Shown here piece after piece: positions 9,089-18,210 of a stretch of 64,000 nucleotides of DNA (its first letter is position 1; each line of letters starts with the position of its first letter). Under the pieces are notes generated by a model. That model saw nothing but the letters and a program-made list of their open reading frames with translations. It was not told the DNA's origin and did not search any database. The translations under genes were made by a program, and so were the position numbers. Source of the DNA: Fibrobacteria bacterium (GTDB taxonomy: Bacteria > Fibrobacterota > Fibrobacteria > UBA11236 > JADFYW01); the NCBI GenBank assembly GCA_050294405.1, contig JBNKOC010000016.1, positions 64,001 through 128,000 of the forward strand, written 5' to 3'.

Positions 9089-10275
9089 GTACGCGTCCGT
9101 ATTATAAAACCTGGTCTATTCAGAGCGAAGCTCCTTACCTGCCAGTAGCAGGAGCCGAAGGAACCCAATTTATTATGGAGAACGGTGAGAAAGTGCACGA
9201 TTTGATTTCCACCAGTTTCCAAGCCGGTTTTGGCCATAGTCAGGCTGTTATCTTGAATCGAATTCGCAGCCAGATGGAGGTTCAAGCTACTGCTTTCCCC
9301 AAGGCAGATAACATTTCAGTAAAAAATGTAAGCAAAGAGTTACTCGCCTATTTAAAATTGGACGAGGGCAAAATTTTTTATACGGTATCGGGAGCGGAAG
9401 GAATTGAAAATGCATTGAAAATGGCTAGACAAATCCGAAAGGCGGAAATTGTTTTAGCCCGGGAAAACAGCTATCACGGAGCCAGCCTGGGAGCTTTGTC
9501 GGTAACAGGGGATTGGCGGAATAAAGCCCATAAAACCGTTAACTATTGGACAATTAGGATTCCCGAACCAACGGCTGAAAATGCCATTGGGCATACCAGG
9601 CAATTGATTGAAGATGTGGGCTCTGATAACATTGCGGCATTTTGCCTGGAAACGATATCGGGAGCCAATGGAGTAATCACGGGTGATCCAAAATGGTGGA
9701 CTGGAATTCAGGAGCTTTGCGATGAATTTGGCATCTTATTAATTCTGGATGAAGTAACATGTGGGTTCCGCCGCACAGGATCTGCATTTGCCTTTCAAAA
9801 ATTCCCCATACATCCTCATTTTGTGGTTTTGGGGAAAGCTATTAGCGGTGGATACATTCCTTTTGGAGCTGTGTGGACGCACAAGAAAATATCAGGATTT
9901 TATGAAAAGCAAATGTTTGCCTGCGGCTTAACCAACTATGCCCATCCTTTGGGACTAGCTGCCCTGGAAGGGGTTTTGGACTTGTTAAATGCGAAGGGCT
10001 TTATCAAAACCGTTGAAGAACTGGAAGAAACATTTGCAAAAGAGTTAAAAGAATTGGAGAAGCTGAAATCCGTTAAAGCAATCCGGGTCCACGGATTGTT
10101 GTCGGCTATAGATTTTCATTCCACTACTTTGGATTGGCAAAAACTGTTTAAAGCAGGGATACATGTTATGGCAAGCACCAATCGCATTATCCTGGCTCCT
10201 CCATTGGCAATGTCAAAGGAACATTTACATGAGGCAATGGGAATATTAAGATCACAGATAGGGGGTGGTAAATGA
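9085..10275 (+). CDS. Class-III PLP aminotransferase (omega/beta-amino acid type)
   Basis: SGAEGIE, SYHG, DEVTCGFRRTG, LGKAISGG, GLTNYAHP. Confidence 0.9.
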   Translation: MSTRPYYKTWSIQSEAPYLPVAGAEGTQFIMENGEKVHDLISTSFQAGFGHSQAVILNRIRSQMEVQATAFPKADNISVKNVSKELLAYLKLDEGKIFYTVSGAEGIENALKMARQIRKAEIVLARENSYHGASLGALSVTGDWRNKAHKTVNYWTIRIPEPTAENAIGHTRQLIEDVGSDNIAAFCLETISGANGVITGDPKWWTGIQELCDEFGILLILDEVTCGFRRTGSAFAFQKFPIHPHFVVLGKAISGGYIPFGAVWTHKKISGFYEKQMFACGLTNYAHPLGLAALEGVLDLLNAKGFIKTVEELEETFAKELKELEKLKSVKAIRVHGLLSAIDFHSTTLDWQKLFKAGIHVMASTNRIILAPPLAMSKEHLHEAMGILRSQIGGGK

Positions 10276-10994
10276 GCAACAACCCCTGGAATAAAATATG
10301 TAGCGGTCCAGATGAAGCGCTCCGCGATATTTCTGACGGCGCCGTGATCATGAGCGGGGGATTTGGGCTCTGCGGAATTCCGGAAAACTCTATTGAGGAA
10401 TTGCGTCGGAAAAAAATTGGAAATCTCAGCGTGATTTCAAATAACATTGGAAACTCTGGCAGAGGTTTAGCTGTGCTTTTGCAAAACCGGCAAATAACCA
10501 AAGCCTATTGCAGTTTTGTGGGTGGCAACCCGGATTTGGAAGCGCAGATGCTAAGTGGGGAAGTCGAAGTGGAGTTGATTCCCCAAGGGACATTCGCTGA
10601 ACGCATCCGGGCCGCCGGTATGGGAATCCGCGCTTTTTATACTCCCACTGGAGCTGGGACGGTTTTGGAATCTAAACGGGAAGTTCGCCAATTCGACAAA
10701 CCATGCTTGTTGGAATACGCTTTGGAGGCTGATTTCGCCATTATTAAAGCCCAATGTGCGGATTCATACGGGAATCTAAAATTCAGAGAAACGGCTCGTA
10801 ATTTTTCTCCTTTAATGGCGATGGCCGGGAAATGTACCATAGTAGAAGTGGAAGAACTTTATTTAGACAGTTATTTAGACCCCGATGAAGTTCATTTGCC
10901 TGGAATATTCGTCCAGAGGATTTATCAGGGAACTAACTATCACAATGACATTGAATTTTTAAAAGTCAAGGATGAAGGCCATGGACGAGATTGA
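10272..10994 (+). CDS. 3-oxoacid CoA-transferase subunit A (ScoA/PcaI family)
   Basis: GGFGLCGIPE, PQGTFAERIRA, ARNF-x-PLMA. Confidence 0.9.
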   Translation: MSNNPWNKICSGPDEALRDISDGAVIMSGGFGLCGIPENSIEELRRKKIGNLSVISNNIGNSGRGLAVLLQNRQITKAYCSFVGGNPDLEAQMLSGEVEVELIPQGTFAERIRAAGMGIRAFYTPTGAGTVLESKREVRQFDKPCLLEYALEADFAIIKAQCADSYGNLKFRETARNFSPLMAMAGKCTIVEVEELYLDSYLDPDEVHLPGIFVQRIYQGTNYHNDIEFLKVKDEGHGRD

Positions 10995-12363
10995 AAAAGA
11001 TTTCCCCCACCGTCAGTTTAGGGATGATAGGTTTTGGCAGGAAATCCCGGCCTGGAAAGATGTAAGTGAGTCCCAATTCGCAGATTACAAGTGGCAATCA
11101 AAGAACTCCATTCGAAAACTATCCCAACTAAAAGAAATCCTGGGAAATCGTATTTCCAATCACATGTTAGCGGATATTCAAAATGGATTGGAAAAAACTC
11201 CAATGAATATACGTATCACTCCTTATGTATTTTCCCTCATTGATTGGGAAAACCCGGTGCACGATCCCTTGCGAAAGCAATTTTTACCCATAGCTTCCCA
11301 ATTTTTACCTAACCATCCCTACTATATGGAGGACTCTTTACATGAGGATGTGGATTCTCCCATTCCTTTATTGACCCATCGCTATCCGGACAAAGTGTTA
11401 TTTTTGCCGCTAACCACTTGCCCTGTATATTGCTCTTATTGTACCCGTAGCCGAGTTATTGGGGGCTCCACGGAATCTGTTGAAAAAGATACTTACGGGG
11501 CAAACGCCACTCAGTGGGAAGGTGTTTTTGAGTATTTAAGAAAACACAAGGAAGTGGAAGATGTGGTTGTATCCGGAGGGGACAGTTATAACCTGACGGC
11601 GAAACAGGTTCGATACATTGGTGAAACTCTGCTGAATATTCCAAACATCAGAAGAATTCGCTATGCCACAAAAGGAATCGCTATTTTCCCCATGAAAGTA
11701 TTAACAGACGATTCCTGGTTTGAAGCTATTTTGGAAGTTATTCGAAAAGGGCGTAGCATGGGGAAACAGGTTTTTATCCACACTCATTTTTCCAGCCCCC
11801 GGGAAATTACGGTTTGGAGCAAAAGAGCTATGGAAAGGCTTTGGGCAGAAGGAGTTGTGGTGCGCAACCAGGCTGTGCTGCAAACGGGAGTCAATGATAC
11901 CGTAGAGCAAATGACTCTTCTCACCAAAAAATTGGGATACATCAATATCCAGCCTTATTATGTGTACATCCATGACATGGTTCCGGGCTGCGAACATTTC
12001 AGGACAACATTGGCTGAGGCTATTGAACTGGAAAAAGCTGTGAGGGGTTCCACGGCTGGCTTTAATATTCCCACTTTTGTTTGTGATGCGCCAGGGGGAG
12101 GCGGGAAACGGAATATTGGGACCTATGAAGTTTATGATCGGGAAAACGGAATTTCTGTTTGGACTGCTCCCGAAGTAAAACCCGGTGAAGTGTTTGTCTA
12201 TTTTGATCCCATTCACAAACTTTCCCTTGAAGCTCAGGAACGTTGGAAACACAAACGCAGCCGTGAACAAATGTTAAAAGCGGCGGTGCGGAAGGTCAAT
12301 CCCAACATTAAAAACATCAAAAAAGAAATCATTGAAAAAAGACTGGCGGCGGCGAGAGCTTAA
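10972..12363 (+). CDS. KamA-family radical SAM/PLP 2,3-aminomutase (lysine 2,3-aminomutase-like)
   Basis: THRYPDK, CPVYCSYCTR (CxxxCxxC), SGGD, NQAVL..GVND, PYY, DAPGGGGK PLP-lysine motif. Alternative ATG at 10981. Confidence 0.9.
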   Translation: MKAMDEIEKDFPHRQFRDDRFWQEIPAWKDVSESQFADYKWQSKNSIRKLSQLKEILGNRISNHMLADIQNGLEKTPMNIRITPYVFSLIDWENPVHDPLRKQFLPIASQFLPNHPYYMEDSLHEDVDSPIPLLTHRYPDKVLFLPLTTCPVYCSYCTRSRVIGGSTESVEKDTYGANATQWEGVFEYLRKHKEVEDVVVSGGDSYNLTAKQVRYIGETLLNIPNIRRIRYATKGIAIFPMKVLTDDSWFEAILEVIRKGRSMGKQVFIHTHFSSPREITVWSKRAMERLWAEGVVVRNQAVLQTGVNDTVEQMTLLTKKLGYINIQPYYVYIHDMVPGCEHFRTTLAEAIELEKAVRGSTAGFNIPTFVCDAPGGGGKRNIGTYEVYDRENGISVWTAPEVKPGEVFVYFDPIHKLSLEAQERWKHKRSREQMLKAAVRKVNPNIKNIKKEIIEKRLAAARA

Positions 12364-12998
12364 TGGAAAAAGGGTGGACCACAGAAAAGATGGCTTTGGA
12401 AGTGATTGGGATGTTTAGCCCTAATTCTACAGTCAATCTTGGAATTGGCATGCCAACTTTGGTTGCTGAATTGATGCCTCAAAATCATTCCATGATTATC
12501 CATTCCGAAAACGGTGTATTAGGGGTTGGAGGTTGGCCGGAAGAGAAGGATGTTTCTCCTACACTAATAAACGCAGGAAAGCAGACCATTTCCATTGTTC
12601 CCGGGGGAAGTTTTTTTGACAGTGCTATGAGTTTTGGAATGATTCGGGGTGGCCATGTTGATTATTGCGTTTTAGGAGGCATGGAAGTAGATGTTCAGGG
12701 GAACTTGGCGAATTGGATGATACCTGGTAAAAAAATTATGGGAATGGGCGGAGCTATGGATCTCGTTCACGGGGCAAAGTGCGTGATTGTAATGCTTAAC
12801 CATTTTAATAAAGACGGAGAGTGCAAGTTGCTTGAACAGTGCAGGTTGCCTCTAACCGGAAAAGAGGTGGTTCACAAAATTGTCACGGATTATGGAATAT
12901 TTTTACCCCATGGCGAGTATTTTATCATTCAAAAATTAGCCCCCAATGTTTCGGAAGTCGATTTAAAAAAAGGGGCGGATCTATTCCGCTGGAGCTAA
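12363..12998 (+). CDS. 3-oxoacid CoA-transferase subunit B (ScoB/PcaJ family)
   Basis: VNLGIGMP, HSENG catalytic Glu, GNLANW, GMGGAMDL. Confidence 0.9.
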   Translation: MEKGWTTEKMALEVIGMFSPNSTVNLGIGMPTLVAELMPQNHSMIIHSENGVLGVGGWPEEKDVSPTLINAGKQTISIVPGGSFFDSAMSFGMIRGGHVDYCVLGGMEVDVQGNLANWMIPGKKIMGMGGAMDLVHGAKCVIVMLNHFNKDGECKLLEQCRLPLTGKEVVHKIVTDYGIFLPHGEYFIIQKLAPNVSEVDLKKGADLFRWS

Positions 12999-14137
12999 TG
13001 GAAAAAGTCTATTTAGCCCATGGTTTAAGAACGCCTTTTGGAAAGGCGCACAAGGGAATGTTTGCTAATATTAGACCGGATGACCTTTTGTGCCAGTTAT
13101 TTCAAAAACAACTAAGCCTTTGTTCAAATATTACTCCGGAGGAAATTGAAGAGGTAGTGGTTGGATGCGCCTACCCGGAAGGAGAACAAGGGTATAACGT
13201 GGCAAGAATGACAGCCCTTGGAGCAGGAATTGACGCTTCAGGAGTTACAATCAATCGCCTGTGCGGATCCTCCTTGGAGGCCCTGGGAATTTGCTTTCTA
13301 AAAGTTAGACAGGGGATGGGGCAGGTGTATTTATGTGGCGGTGTAGAAAGTATGAGCCGGGTTCCAAGGAGGGGTGCAAATTTTTCCGAATCGGATTTTA
13401 TAAAAAAAAGGAGTCCGGAGGCCTATGTTAACATGGGAATAACCGCCGAAAATTTGTGTAAAAAATATTCCTTTTCACGGGAAGAACAGGAAGACTTTGC
13501 ATGCAGGAGCCACGAGTTAGCTCATTCGGCATTTTCCCTTGGAAAGTATGAGTCCATGTTATGGTCCTATTACGGCCAAAAGGATGAGCTTATCAAATAC
13601 CCAATAAATAGGGAAAAAATTCGCAGTTTGCCTTCTGCTTTTATTCCGGGTGGAACTGTTACCGCAGCAACAAGTTCACCTTTGTCGGATGGGGCGTCAT
13701 GTGCTCTTGTTATTTCCGAATCAAAGATGAGGGAAATGGAAATAGAATACGCTTTGGAGTTGGTCGGATTTTGCACTGCGCCAGTAAGTCCAGAGTTAAT
13801 GGGATTAGGCCCGGTGCCTGCTGTGGAAAAGCTTTTAAAGAAACATGGATTGAACCAAAAAGATATTGCTGTTTGGGAAATCAATGAGGCTTTTTCAATT
13901 CAGGTATTGGCTTGTCTTAAGGACTTAAACATACCCGCTAAAAATGTAAATTTGTGGGGGGGAGCCCTTTCCTTGGGACACCCTTTAGGCGCTTCGGGGC
14001 TTAGACTGGTTCTCACGCTATGGCATCGTTTGCTTGAAGAAGGAAAACCTAATTCATACGGGATAGCAACTCTTTGCGTAGGTGGAGGGCAAGGAATGGC
14101 GCTACTGGCTAGATTGAGCAGAATTCCCACATATTGA
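12998..14137 (+). CDS. Thiolase (acetyl-CoA C-acyltransferase)
   Basis: Start reassigned to ATG 12998 (TAATG coupling). NRLCGSS, NEAF, GHPLGASG, LCVGGG catalytic motifs. Confidence 0.9.
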   Translation: MEKVYLAHGLRTPFGKAHKGMFANIRPDDLLCQLFQKQLSLCSNITPEEIEEVVVGCAYPEGEQGYNVARMTALGAGIDASGVTINRLCGSSLEALGICFLKVRQGMGQVYLCGGVESMSRVPRRGANFSESDFIKKRSPEAYVNMGITAENLCKKYSFSREEQEDFACRSHELAHSAFSLGKYESMLWSYYGQKDELIKYPINREKIRSLPSAFIPGGTVTAATSSPLSDGASCALVISESKMREMEIEYALELVGFCTAPVSPELMGLGPVPAVEKLLKKHGLNQKDIAVWEINEAFSIQVLACLKDLNIPAKNVNLWGGALSLGHPLGASGLRLVLTLWHRLLEEGKPNSYGIATLCVGGGQGMALLARLSRIPTY

Positions 14138-14268
14138 ATCCTTGTGCCAGTCGCTTTTGCAGGTATTTTGTCAAATTGTCAACAAATTGACTCCCATGGG
14201 TTTTAGGGGTACAATTTTTCTAGTTCGCTTTTATTATAGAAACTGGGTTTTACAAAAAGCCAATATTA

Positions 14269-16230
14269 GTGCAAAAAGTTTATCCATTTAAATACCCCTG
14301 TGAGGGGGAAGCAATTCTTTGGAAAGAAATGCTGGATTCTCTCCCTGTTTTGATTATGTGGATTGATTCCAGTAAAAAATTGAAATGGGCCAATAGGAGC
14401 GCATTGGAATTCATTCAAAAAAATATGGAAGAAATTCTTGACCGTTCTCCAGGGGCTGCGATTTCGTGTTCCCATCAAAACGATTCGGAAGAAAAATGCG
14501 GCCACGGAGCTCACTGTTTAAATTGCAGCTTGAGGCATGTGTTGGACGATACGATAAATGGGAAAAAAAATCAAAAAAAAGTCAAAGTTGAGTTGGAATT
14601 AAATGGAAAAATAAAACGTCAAATGGCCGGGCTGCTCAGTACTCGACTTATTTCTAATTCTAATGGGGAATTGACCCAACTATGTTTTGAAGATGTATCG
14701 CTTCTTGAATTTGCCCAAGACCAGATGAAGGAGGAAAGATACAAGTTTTTTAAAAGTATTCAGGGATTTCCAATTCCTCTCGCGGTCTTGGATAAGAATC
14801 TCAATCTGGAGAATGCAAATAATAGTTTTGAAATATTTTTTCAATCCAAATTTCAGGAACTCATTGGAAAATCCTTTATTAACGTTATAAATCCAGCGGA
14901 ACCGGAGATATTAAATGAAAAGCTTGGCCTTTTCAAAACGAATGGGCAAAAGCAATTAAACTTGCTGGAGCAAATAATATTAGACACCAAAAAAAGTTTA
15001 TGGGTAATCATTAATATCTTAAAATTGGGAGGTTTAGATGGAAATTCGAAATCCTATTTGCTCTTACTAAATGACATATCTTGTACAGGGAGAATGCTTG
15101 AGGACTCCCGAAAATTGAGGAACCAAATTCGCCAGGCCCAAAAGGTAGAGATCATAGGATTATTAACAGAAGGTATTGCTCACGACTTCAATAATATTTT
15201 GGGTGGGATTATGGGGTACTCGGAAATTTTGTTGGAAAATAATTCAATGGATGATAAATCTAAAATAAAGCTAGATCGAATCATTGAATGCACTGAACGG
15301 GGGCGCGATTTAACAACCCAATTGTTAAATTATACCAGGAAATCCGATTCGGAGAAAAGACCACTAGATATACATAAATTGCTTAAAGATGTTTTTTCCA
15401 TTGTACGAAGGACCTTTAACAAAGGTATCGATGTTTCCCTGGATCTTAAGGCTATAAATGTCAATATAATGGGGGATGCGGGTCAATTAAAAGGAGCATT
15501 TTTAAACTTGTGTATTTACGCTAGAGATAGCATGAATAATTCAGGTTCTTTAATTATTCGATCGGCAAATGAGGAACTCAATGGCGTGCTTGCAATTAGT
15601 TTTTGCAGCACAGACTATGGATTTGAATCAGCAGTACGACCCAAAATTTTTGAATTGTTTTACGGGAAATTGGACTTAGGAAAAAATATCTCGTTTGGAC
15701 TTTCAAGCGTATGGACCTGTGTCAATGAACATGGAGGAACTATTGAGTTAGAAAGCAATTCTAAAACGGGAGTTATCCCTATCCTAAAATTTCCGTGTAT
15801 TCCTGCTGCTCCAAAGAAATTATCAAAGACTACTAGTCCTATATCACTGGCAGGCGGAAAGGTTATGGTTGTTGAGGATGACAAAGCAATTTTGGAAAAT
15901 TTGCAATTATATCTAACTAATTTAAAATATTCTCCAATTGGGTTTAAGGATCCCCGAGAAGGCATCGATTATTACTCAAAAAATTGGCCTTTCATCAGTT
16001 TTATACTAATTGATATAAACATGCCCCATATCAGTGGAATAAATTGCTTGAAAGAATTAAAAAATATAAATCCAGATTGTTTGTCCATTTTGATGACAGG
16101 AAACATTTATGATGAAAAAATCCAAAATATTGAGAGTCTAGGTATTACTCAATTGTTGCAAAAGCCATTTCGATTTGGGCATTTGGCACAAGTAATTGAA
16201 AACTTGGAAAAAAATGGAATCAAAAAATAA
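14269..16230 (+). CDS. Hybrid sensor histidine kinase (PAS-PAS-HisKA-degenerate HATPase-REC)
   Basis: H-box GIAHDFNNIL; receiver EDD..IDINMP..KPF; N/G boxes degenerate. Confidence 0.85.
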   Translation: MQKVYPFKYPCEGEAILWKEMLDSLPVLIMWIDSSKKLKWANRSALEFIQKNMEEILDRSPGAAISCSHQNDSEEKCGHGAHCLNCSLRHVLDDTINGKKNQKKVKVELELNGKIKRQMAGLLSTRLISNSNGELTQLCFEDVSLLEFAQDQMKEERYKFFKSIQGFPIPLAVLDKNLNLENANNSFEIFFQSKFQELIGKSFINVINPAEPEILNEKLGLFKTNGQKQLNLLEQIILDTKKSLWVIINILKLGGLDGNSKSYLLLLNDISCTGRMLEDSRKLRNQIRQAQKVEIIGLLTEGIAHDFNNILGGIMGYSEILLENNSMDDKSKIKLDRIIECTERGRDLTTQLLNYTRKSDSEKRPLDIHKLLKDVFSIVRRTFNKGIDVSLDLKAINVNIMGDAGQLKGAFLNLCIYARDSMNNSGSLIIRSANEELNGVLAISFCSTDYGFESAVRPKIFELFYGKLDLGKNISFGLSSVWTCVNEHGGTIELESNSKTGVIPILKFPCIPAAPKKLSKTTSPISLAGGKVMVVEDDKAILENLQLYLTNLKYSPIGFKDPREGIDYYSKNWPFISFILIDINMPHISGINCLKELKNINPDCLSILMTGNIYDEKIQNIESLGITQLLQKPFRFGHLAQVIENLEKNGIKK

Positions 16231-17584
16231 AAAAAGAAAGGCTTCAGTTTTAATTGCGGACGATGATCGAGACATCCGAGAGTTTGTCACGGAAACTCTT
16301 GAATTAGAAGGGTACGATGTTACATCATTTGACCCGGAAAGTTCAAATTTTAAAGATTTAAACAAACACTTTGATGTGGCCATTTTGGATATATTTATGG
16401 GGCAATATGACGGGTTTTCCATACGGAAAAAAGTACTTGATCACTCGCCATTTGCTCAAATTATTATGATAACCGGCCAACCGGACAGTGAGATGTTAGA
16501 TAAATCTTGTGAGGCTGGGGTTTTCACTTTTCTTCCTAAGCCTTTTAAATCAGTTCATATTAAGTATGCTGTTATGGGGGCCTTAAAACTCAGGGATGCC
16601 AGTAGCTTAAATGCCTATTACAAAACGAGTGAGGCAGCCAGACAAAGAGGGATGATAGGAGAGTCTGATTACATTAAAGGACTGTACAAACAAATAGCCA
16701 AATTTGGCCCAACAGAATTACCGATTCTTATAAGAGGGGAATCGGGAACAGGAAAAGATGTAGTAGCCCAGTTGATTCATGAGTTTAGCAAAAGGAAAGA
16801 CAAACCGTTGATCGCAGTAAATTGTGCTGCTTTAACAGCAAGTTTGGCTGAATCCGAATTGTTTGGACATACTAAAGGAGCCTTTACCGGAGCTATTAAA
16901 AACAAACATGGATTTTTTGAGGTGGCTAACGATGGAACCCTGTTTTTAGATGAAGTCGCCGAATTACCCTTGGACGCCCAAGCAAAATTATTGAGAGTTT
17001 TGGATAAAGGGGAATTTCAGCGAGTTGGAGAAACTCAAACCCACAGGGTAAATGTTCGCATAATCTCGGCAACTAACCAAAATCTTGAGGAATATGTTAA
17101 GGATGGAAGGTTTAGGGAAGACCTGTATTTTAGATTAAAGGGACTGCAGGTTTTTTTGATTCCTTTGCGCGACCGAAAAATGGACATCATTCATTTGATT
17201 CAATATTTTCTTTCCCAATCTGGATCCAGCATGGTAAATACTGCTATAGAGAAATTATGCCAGTATCACTGGCCGGGAAATATACGTGAATTAAAAATGG
17301 TGTTGGATAGCTTGGTTGGCCTGAATCCTAATGGAGTGATTCATTTGGAGGATGTAATGCAAGTTTTACCAAGTTTCAAAAAAAATAATGATATGAATTC
17401 TCCAGGGCGAACATATCAGGAGTTTAAAAATGAAGTTCTAAAGCCTCATGAGACTCAATATTTTTCGGATTTGTTGGAACAGTATTCCGGGAATATTTCC
17501 AAAGTGGCTAGGGAAGCGGGAATTCAAAGAAAACACCTCTATGATAAGTTGAAACTCCTGAACATTTCCCCTAATAGAAATTAG
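16214..17584 (+). CDS. NtrC-family sigma54-dependent response regulator
   Basis: REC domain, GESGTGKD, GAFTGA, FLDEV, FREDLYFRL, WPGNIREL, Fis-type HTH. ATG 16214 preferred. Confidence 0.95.
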   Translation: MESKNKKRKASVLIADDDRDIREFVTETLELEGYDVTSFDPESSNFKDLNKHFDVAILDIFMGQYDGFSIRKKVLDHSPFAQIIMITGQPDSEMLDKSCEAGVFTFLPKPFKSVHIKYAVMGALKLRDASSLNAYYKTSEAARQRGMIGESDYIKGLYKQIAKFGPTELPILIRGESGTGKDVVAQLIHEFSKRKDKPLIAVNCAALTASLAESELFGHTKGAFTGAIKNKHGFFEVANDGTLFLDEVAELPLDAQAKLLRVLDKGEFQRVGETQTHRVNVRIISATNQNLEEYVKDGRFREDLYFRLKGLQVFLIPLRDRKMDIIHLIQYFLSQSGSSMVNTAIEKLCQYHWPGNIRELKMVLDSLVGLNPNGVIHLEDVMQVLPSFKKNNDMNSPGRTYQEFKNEVLKPHETQYFSDLLEQYSGNISKVAREAGIQRKHLYDKLKLLNISPNRN

Positions 17585-17593
17585 TTTCCCTAC

Positions 17594-17690
17594 TGTATCA
17601 AATTATACACAATTTCGGCTAGCCACATAAGTTCCAGAAAAATAGAACTTTATAAAAAAGCAACGATAAAGTTGTATTGTTTTTAATACA
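17594..17690. promoter_or_regulatory. Candidate enhancer (UAS) dyads
   Basis: TGTATcaaattATACA (17594-17609) and TGTATTgtttttAATACA (17673-17690) upstream of the sigma54 motif. Confidence 0.4.
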
Positions 17691-17760
17691 TATAATTTTG
17701 TTTCACTTGAAAAATTATTTTCGTATCTGCAAATATGGCTTTTAATACACAGTTTTGTGT

Positions 17761-17776
17761 TGGCATATTGTTTGCA
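17761..17776 (+). promoter_or_regulatory. sigma54 (-24/-12) promoter
   Basis: TGGCATATTGTTTGCA has exact GG-N10-GC spacing, lies 25 nt before ATG 17802, and follows a sigma54 activator gene. Confidence 0.75.
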
Positions 17777-17801
17777 CATTAGGGTTGATGTGGAAAAGAA
17801 T

Positions 17802-18209
17802 ATGTCAAATTTAGCATTAATAATAGAACCCTGCGCTGCCTTTAAAAAGTATTTCAAAAAAATATTTGAGGATGAGCTCACTATTCAATTTTTTGAAAGT
17901 ATTTCTCAGGTTGAAAATCATGATATAAAAAGAGAACCAGATGTTATTTTACTTGATGTAGATTATAGACGATTGGATGTGTATTCATCTATTAAGGCTA
18001 TCAAGTCCCATTTTAGACATGATATCCCGCTAATCATTTTAGTGGATGTCAATAGCATTGACATTGAAAGGGAAGTCAGAGAAACAGGAGTGTTTAGTTA
18101 TCTGACAAAACCGGTAAATTTCTGTGAATTAGAGCAAATAGTATTTGCAGCCCTTCAATATAGTTTGCGGAGAAAAATTTCTATTCAGAATCAGGCTAAA
18201 AATTTTTAA
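17802..18209 (+). CDS. Single-domain response regulator, atypical receiver
   Basis: PDVILLD and YLTKPV retained; acidic pocket reads IIEP. ATG 17802 chosen because it lies downstream of the sigma54 site. Confidence 0.7.
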   Translation: MSNLALIIEPCAAFKKYFKKIFEDELTIQFFESISQVENHDIKREPDVILLDVDYRRLDVYSSIKAIKSHFRHDIPLIILVDVNSIDIEREVRETGVFSYLTKPVNFCELEQIVFAALQYSLRRKISIQNQAKNF

Positions 18210-18210
18210 C

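Noticed and set aside
10972..12363. EpmB (EF-P modification) or ablAB osmolyte assignment
   Set aside because: Longer than EpmB with no efp/epmA nearby; the CoA-transferase and thiolase context points to catabolism rather than osmolyte synthesis alone.
4955..14137. Secondary-metabolite (beta-lactam or streptothricin-like) biosynthetic cluster
   Set aside because: No NRPS, adenylation, carrier or ATP-grasp enzyme, exporter or resistance gene; not fully excluded.
14143..14161. sigma54-like tgccagtcgcttttgca before the hybrid kinase
   Set aside because: Lacks the invariant GG at -24.
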